From an uncultured Pirellulaceae bacterium (lineage in GTDB: Bacteria; Planctomycetota; Planctomycetia; Pirellulales; Pirellulaceae): 64,000 nt of DNA. How positions within the stretch are numbered: the first letter of the stretch is position 1; every line of letters begins with the position of its first letter. Position numbers and translations under genes: made by a program. Location: the NCBI GenBank assembly GCA_937944405.1, contig CALDYR010000042.1, positions 3,107-67,106 of the forward strand, read 5' to 3'. Positions 58,923 to 64,000 of this stretch are shown here, one piece after another. The notes under the pieces are model-generated. The model saw nothing but the letters and a program-made list of their open reading frames with translations, was not told where the DNA came from and did not search any database.

Positions 58923-59286
58923 TGTTCTGTCCACAACTTGACATAGTTTGTTTGTCTGGTGTGGATTTAAAGCCCGCCGTTCAAGGCTACCAAGCCATTG
59001 AAAAGTCGGCATCCATGCCAGCAGAGGGGGGTTCAAGGTGAACGTATCTGATGCCGATATCAGTCAAACCGTCTGACCGAAATCGTCGATCGGTTACGTC
59101 AAATCCTTTTGACAAACCGGCAGCCCCGTCACCCGTGGAATGGTGTTATCAAAAACCAAACGTTCGGGGAATACCAGTTTGGATTCACCTTTTGCGTTTT
59201 TGCGTCGAATAGAAAACCATCGACCTATTCGATAGAATAATCCCGCTAGCAATTTCGCCGATGATCGCCCACCACTAGGTACTCTA

Positions 59287-62200
59287 ATGTCGCAGCGCCC
59301 GTTCGTCCATCTTCACTGCCACAGTCACTACAGCCTGTTGGACGGGGCGAGCTCCATTCCCAAACTGGTCCAACGCACTGCCGACCACGGCATGAACGCC
59401 CTAGCGCTGACCGATCACGGCAACCTCCACGGCGCCCTACAGTTTTATAACGCCTGCAAAGCCAAAGACATCAATCCCATCATCGGTTACGAAGCCTACA
59501 TCGCGCCGGGCAGTCGGCGCACCAAAGGCGGCGGTTCGGCGAACGGCAAACGCGAATCCAGCTACCACTTGACGTTGCTGTGTCAAAACGCGACGGGATT
59601 TAAAAACTTAGTCAAAATGGCATCACACGCCGCGTTGGAAGGCTTCTACTTCAAACCACGTATCGACAAAGAACTCTTAGAAGCCCATCACGAAGGCATC
59701 GTCTGCCTCAGCGGTTGCGTGTCTTCGGAATTTTCACGTGCAATCGTTCGAGGCAACGGCAACTCCGCCGAAGACCACCTCAAAGAAGCCAAAGACATCG
59801 CCGGTTGGTTTCACAACCTTTTCGGCGATCGATACTTCATCGAAATCATGAACAACGGCGTCGACATCCAACGGACCCAACTTCAAGGTGCCGTCGAAGT
59901 TGCCAACAACGTCGGATTGCCCTTGGTCGCGACCAGCGATTGCCACTACGTCGATCGCGAAGATGCCGAAGCCCAAGACGTCATGTTGTGCATCAACATG
60001 GGGAAATTCCGCACCGATGCGGCGCGGATGAAAATGGAAGGCAGCGAATTTTATCTGCGTCCACCAGAAGAAATGTACCGCAATTTCCAAGGGCTGGAAC
60101 ACGCCGTCAGCCGCAGCCAAGAAATCGCTGACACCGTCGACATCGAATTAGAATTGGGCAAACGATTTTTTCCCATCTTTCAACTGGCCCCCGAAGACGA
60201 ATCCCCTGAAGCCAGACTCCGCGCTTTGTGCGAAGCCGGGCTCAAGGATCGTTACCAGGACAATCCCCAGCGCTGCGTCGACGGCGTGTTGTCCGAAGAA
60301 GTCCAAGCCAGGCTTGATCGTGAGCTCGGCGTGATCAATAAACTCGGGTTCGCCGACTACTTTTTGATCTGTTGGGACTTTGTCCACAAAGCCCGGGCAA
60401 TGGACATTCCTTCGACCGTTCGTGGATCGGGCGTGGGTGCGATCGTCTGTTTCGCACTCTATCTCAGCCACGCGTGCCCGCTGCAATACGATCTGCTGTT
60501 TGAGCGTTTTTTAGATGAAAATCGCTTAGAAGCGCCCGACATCGATATCGACTTTTGCAAGGAACGGCGCGGCGAAGTCATCACCTACGTGAAAGAAAAA
60601 TACGGGGAAGACAGTGTCGCCCAAATCGGCACCTTCGGCACGATGAAGGCCCGCGCCGCGATCAAAGACGTCGGCCGCGCCTTGGGTATCCCGCTGGCCC
60701 GAGTGAATCAGATTACCGCAATGGTCCCCGACCAATTAGGCATCAAATTAGCAGAAGCCATCGAAACCTCTGACGACCTCAAAGCCGCCTATCGAGGCGA
60801 TCCCGAAGTCGCCGAAATGCTTGACTTCGCATTAAAGTTAGAAGGACTGGCGCGGAATATCGGTACCCATGCCGCGGCCGTCGTGATCAGCGATGGGCCG
60901 CTGACCGACTACGTGCCCCTGGGCCGCGTGGCCGGTAAAGAAGACGTCATCACCCAATGGTCGATGAACGACGTCGAAGCCGCAGGGCTGTTGAAGATGG
61001 ACTTTCTCGGTCTCAAAACGCTGACCGTGCTCAGTAACGCCCTCACATTGGTCAAACAAACCACCGGCAAGGACATCGACCCGCTAAAGTTTCCTTTGGA
61101 CGATCTGGCCACCTTCGCGCTGCTGCAGCGTGGGGAAACCAAAGGCGTGTTTCAGCTCGAAAGCGGCGGCATCCGCGACCTTTTGCAAAAGATGAAACCC
61201 GATCATTTCCGCGACGTGATCGCCACCAACGCCCTCTATCGTCCCGGGCCACTCGAAGGCGGTATGGTCCAAGACTACATCGAAGTCAAACACGGGCGCA
61301 AAGAACCCGAATACAAAACCGACGCGATGAAGGAAATTCTGGAAGAGACCCACGGCGTCATGGTCTATCAGGAACAAGTCATGCAGATCCTCAACCGGGT
61401 TGGCAATATCCGATTGGCCGCCGCGTACACCTGCATTAAAGCGATCAGTAAAAAGAAGGAAGCCCTGATCGCTCAGAACTACGAACAGTACATGGCCGGC
61501 GCGGTGGAAAACGGGCTCAGTAAAAAGGAAGCCCAAGACCTGTGGGACATGATCATCAAATTCGCGGGCTACGGCTTTAACAAAAGTCACTCGACCGCCT
61601 ACGCGATGCTGGCGTTCCAAACCGCGTACTTAAAAACCCACTACCCAGTCGAGTTCATGGCGGCATTGCTGACCGGCGACATCCCCGGACGCAACTTCAC
61701 CCGTAAGGACGATCTGGTTGAACACTTAGAAGACTGCATCCGCATGGGCATCGAATACGTCGCGCCCAGCGTCAATTCATCGGACGTCAATTTCGCGGTT
61801 GTCGACAACAAAATTATGTTCGCGATGTCAGCGATCAAGGGATGCGGAATCTCAGCAGCCCAAGCCATCATGGCAGAACGTGGCGAAAACGGTCCTTTTA
61901 AAGACATTTTTGATTTCTGCGAACGCCTAGAATCCAGCAAATGCAGTCGCTCATCGATCGAAACATTGATCAAGGCCGGGGCGATGGACTGCTTCGGCGC
62001 AACCCGCGCCCAACTGACCGCGGTGCTAGACAAAGCCGTCCAAGTCGGCGCGGCGGCACAAAAGGACAAACTCAGCGGACAGAAGTCGCTCTTTGGCGGC
62101 GATGACGATGACACCGACGACGATGAAGCCGCCAGCATCGACTTGCCCGAGGTTCCCGATTGGGAAGAACGGTTCATGTTAAACTCCGAAAAAGAAGTCC

Positions 62201-62874
62201 TCGGGTTTTACCTCACCAGCCACCCGTTGGCCCAATACGTCGACCGACTGAAGTCATTCGCCTCTCACACAACAGGAAACCTTGAAGGCACCAAAGACCG
62301 CGACCGGGTCACGATGGGCGGCATGATCGCGTCAGTCAAACAGTCCCACGTCAAAAACCCGCGCGACCCAAATTCGCCAACAAAGTACGCGATGTTCGAT
62401 CTGGAGGATGTCGAAGGTGCCATCCGCAGCATCCTGTGGCCCACCGACTATGTGAACTTCGGGCAATTCGTGGTTCCCGACGCCGTCGTTGTAGTCCAAG
62501 GCCGATTGGATTATCGCGGTGGCGATGAAGCCAATCTGATCATCGACAGAGTTATCCCCATCGACGCCCTGAGCAGCAACATGTCCTACGGGATCAAAAT
62601 CATGATCGATCAAAACACCCACCCCCAGGACACATTAAAAACAGCCTACGAAATCATTCGAGGCTACCCCGGCAGTAAGAAATTGGAAATTGATTTGATT
62701 TTGAAAGACGGCATGCACGTTCAATTGAAATCCAATCGCGGCATCGACATCAACGACCAAATCCAAGAACGACTCGGCAATCTCCTTGGTAAATCGGCCG
62801 TCGAACCACTGATCGATCGCAAGGCGTTATCTGCCAAAGCCGAACCCAAGAAATACGGTTACGCCAAGTCATAA
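59287..62874 (+). CDS. dnaE: DNA polymerase III alpha subunit
   Basis: PHP domain HLHCHSHYSLLDG and LTDHGN, RGSGVG, PDIDIDF, KMDFLGL, FAGYGFNKSHS, C-terminal OB fold. Confidence 0.98.
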   Translation: MSQRPFVHLHCHSHYSLLDGASSIPKLVQRTADHGMNALALTDHGNLHGALQFYNACKAKDINPIIGYEAYIAPGSRRTKGGGSANGKRESSYHLTLLCQNATGFKNLVKMASHAALEGFYFKPRIDKELLEAHHEGIVCLSGCVSSEFSRAIVRGNGNSAEDHLKEAKDIAGWFHNLFGDRYFIEIMNNGVDIQRTQLQGAVEVANNVGLPLVATSDCHYVDREDAEAQDVMLCINMGKFRTDAARMKMEGSEFYLRPPEEMYRNFQGLEHAVSRSQEIADTVDIELELGKRFFPIFQLAPEDESPEARLRALCEAGLKDRYQDNPQRCVDGVLSEEVQARLDRELGVINKLGFADYFLICWDFVHKARAMDIPSTVRGSGVGAIVCFALYLSHACPLQYDLLFERFLDENRLEAPDIDIDFCKERRGEVITYVKEKYGEDSVAQIGTFGTMKARAAIKDVGRALGIPLARVNQITAMVPDQLGIKLAEAIETSDDLKAAYRGDPEVAEMLDFALKLEGLARNIGTHAAAVVISDGPLTDYVPLGRVAGKEDVITQWSMNDVEAAGLLKMDFLGLKTLTVLSNALTLVKQTTGKDIDPLKFPLDDLATFALLQRGETKGVFQLESGGIRDLLQKMKPDHFRDVIATNALYRPGPLEGGMVQDYIEVKHGRKEPEYKTDAMKEILEETHGVMVYQEQVMQILNRVGNIRLAAAYTCIKAISKKKEALIAQNYEQYMAGAVENGLSKKEAQDLWDMIIKFAGYGFNKSHSTAYAMLAFQTAYLKTHYPVEFMAALLTGDIPGRNFTRKDDLVEHLEDCIRMGIEYVAPSVNSSDVNFAVVDNKIMFAMSAIKGCGISAAQAIMAERGENGPFKDIFDFCERLESSKCSRSSIETLIKAGAMDCFGATRAQLTAVLDKAVQVGAAAQKDKLSGQKSLFGGDDDDTDDDEAASIDLPEVPDWEERFMLNSEKEVLGFYLTSHPLAQYVDRLKSFASHTTGNLEGTKDRDRVTMGGMIASVKQSHVKNPRDPNSPTKYAMFDLEDVEGAIRSILWPTDYVNFGQFVVPDAVVVVQGRLDYRGGDEANLIIDRVIPIDALSSNMSYGIKIMIDQNTHPQDTLKTAYEIIRGYPGSKKLEIDLILKDGMHVQLKSNRGIDINDQIQERLGNLLGKSAVEPLIDRKALSAKAEPKKYGYAKS

Positions 62875-62905
62875 CCATACACTCGCCCACGCCAACATCA
62901 TCTTG

Positions 62906-63223
62906 TTACTCGATTTGAGCCTTCATCCAATCCCCGTACGATTGGCTGACTTCATCGATCGCCACGGCGCAGATCTCAGGAACATCGTAGTTGTGCAGCG
63001 TCTGGATCAGGTCCGCAACAACGCCGAACCGATCGGTCCGCGTTTTGATTTTAAGTTCAAATTCAACCGCAGATTCCACAGCGCCTTCCCAACGATAGAC
63101 ACTCTTCACCGGTTCGGTCAGTTGACAACAGGCGGCCATCTTATTGGCAATCAACCGCTGCGCTATTCGCTCCAGAACGTCTTTGTCGTTGGACGTGGTT
63201 ATGACAATCGTGAATAAAGCCAT
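62906..63223 (-). CDS. cutA: Divalent-cation tolerance protein CutA
   Basis: AACCQL..VKSVYRWEG..E..IKT..LHNYDVPEI. Confidence 0.92.
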   Translation of the reverse strand: MALFTIVITTSNDKDVLERIAQRLIANKMAACCQLTEPVKSVYRWEGAVESAVEFELKIKTRTDRFGVVADLIQTLHNYDVPEICAVAIDEVSQSYGDWMKAQIE

Positions 63224-63228
63224 CGCCT

Positions 63229-64000
63229 CTAACTGCCCAAACCAAGAGGATCGACCGGATCCACCGCCGGTTGAGGATCACCGCTGGCGTCGTCATTGAC
63301 ATTGCCTTTGCCTTTATATCTCGCGATCAAGCGCTCAATACTGTCCGCGGCGCCGATGCAAATCGACTGCAACTGCTCCGTGTAGCTGACCCGCTGGGGT
63401 CCTGTTTGGTCTATTTCATCCAAATTGACCACGCCGGTATTGGAGTCCTGCATGAACTTTTCGGTAAACTTCCCAACCGCGCGGACCAACTGTCGTTCTT
63501 CTCCATCGGTCGAAGCAGCCAAACCACGGGCGTTATTGAGCACGTCGTTGCAGGTGTGAGCTAACATTTTCATTCGACGCCGAATCAAGTTCAGTTGATA
63601 TGTTGGCAGTTCGACTAATGTCGCCGGCGGTTCCTTGGTGCCACTGCCGCCAAACATCGAATCGTTCATATCATCCATCATGTCCATTTTGGAAAGGCCA
63701 CCCATTCCCAACATTCCGCCGGATTTCCCGATGTTCGCTGCGAACTTGGTGCCGCTGACTTCAAAATCGTTGTCACCGTAAAGAATGTTTTTATAGACCA
63801 AATCGCCGAGCAACCTTTGGATGCGGGTCGCTTCTTGCGTTAAAGAGCGCTGCAAAAAATCTGTCACCCCCAGCACCACTTCGGAAGCTTTATCCGCTGG
63901 TATCCCAGCGAAGTTAATCTTTCGCAGCGATTTGACGGCATCGAATTGCATCCACAGGGTTTGCGTTTGATCGCTCGCAATCTTCAACATCAGTTCGATG
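63229..64000 (-). CDS. Hypothetical protein, 5' partial (C-terminal 253+ aa)
   Basis: Frame stays open to the window edge (ATC GAA CTG before ATG 63990); helical content with a Gly/Met-rich segment; stops 5 nt before cutA. Confidence 0.7.
   Translation of the reverse strand, partial: IELMLKIASDQTQTLWMQFDAVKSLRKINFAGIPADKASEVVLGVTDFLQRSLTQEATRIQRLLGDLVYKNILYGDNDFEVSGTKFAANIGKSGGMLGMGGLSKMDMMDDMNDSMFGGSGTKEPPATLVELPTYQLNLIRRRMKMLAHTCNDVLNNARGLAASTDGEERQLVRAVGKFTEKFMQDSNTGVVNLDEIDQTGPQRVSYTEQLQSICIGAADSIERLIARYKGKGNVNDDASGDPQPAVDPVDPLGLGS

Noticed and set aside
59287-62874. Intein or split in dnaE
   Set aside because: The length (1195 aa) and continuous motif order are ordinary, and no C/S..HN intein boundaries were seen.

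Overview
Bacterial chromosomal window, most likely from a Planctomycete (Pirellulaceae-like). The evidence is a DUF1559 prepilin/H-X9-DG gene, a PEP-CTERM-like protein, a planctomycete-type RpoZ, DUF11/SdrD-B surface proteins and a sulfatase. The left ~25 kb is accessory: a decayed sulfatase, a DUF5060 glycosidase-like protein, a desaturase, an antiporter-PTS IIA fusion, a DUF547 / radical SAM / methyltransferase / MMPL operon, MscK, a DTW protein and a dead IS701-like transposase. The rest is mostly housekeeping (sdhCAB, ilvD, hisS, pyrB, coaC/coaB, rpoZ, gmk, yicC, secG, tpiA, dnaE, cutA) plus a MoxR-DUF58-transglutaminase operon. Two candidate undescribed systems stand out. (1) 11956-17964: a Tes/GDGT-MAS-like radical SAM enzyme co-transcribed with an ArsM-like Cys-rich methyltransferase and an MMPL exporter, possibly a lipid-tail or organoarsenic (arsenolipid) pathway. 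(2) 33955-36013: a cobalamin riboswitch controlling a DUF1559 pseudopilin-like protein and a DUF4465/PEP-CTERM surface protein, possibly a planctomycete B12-capture module. All family calls come from motif recognition by eye; no database searches were run. No rRNA, tRNA or CRISPR array was seen.
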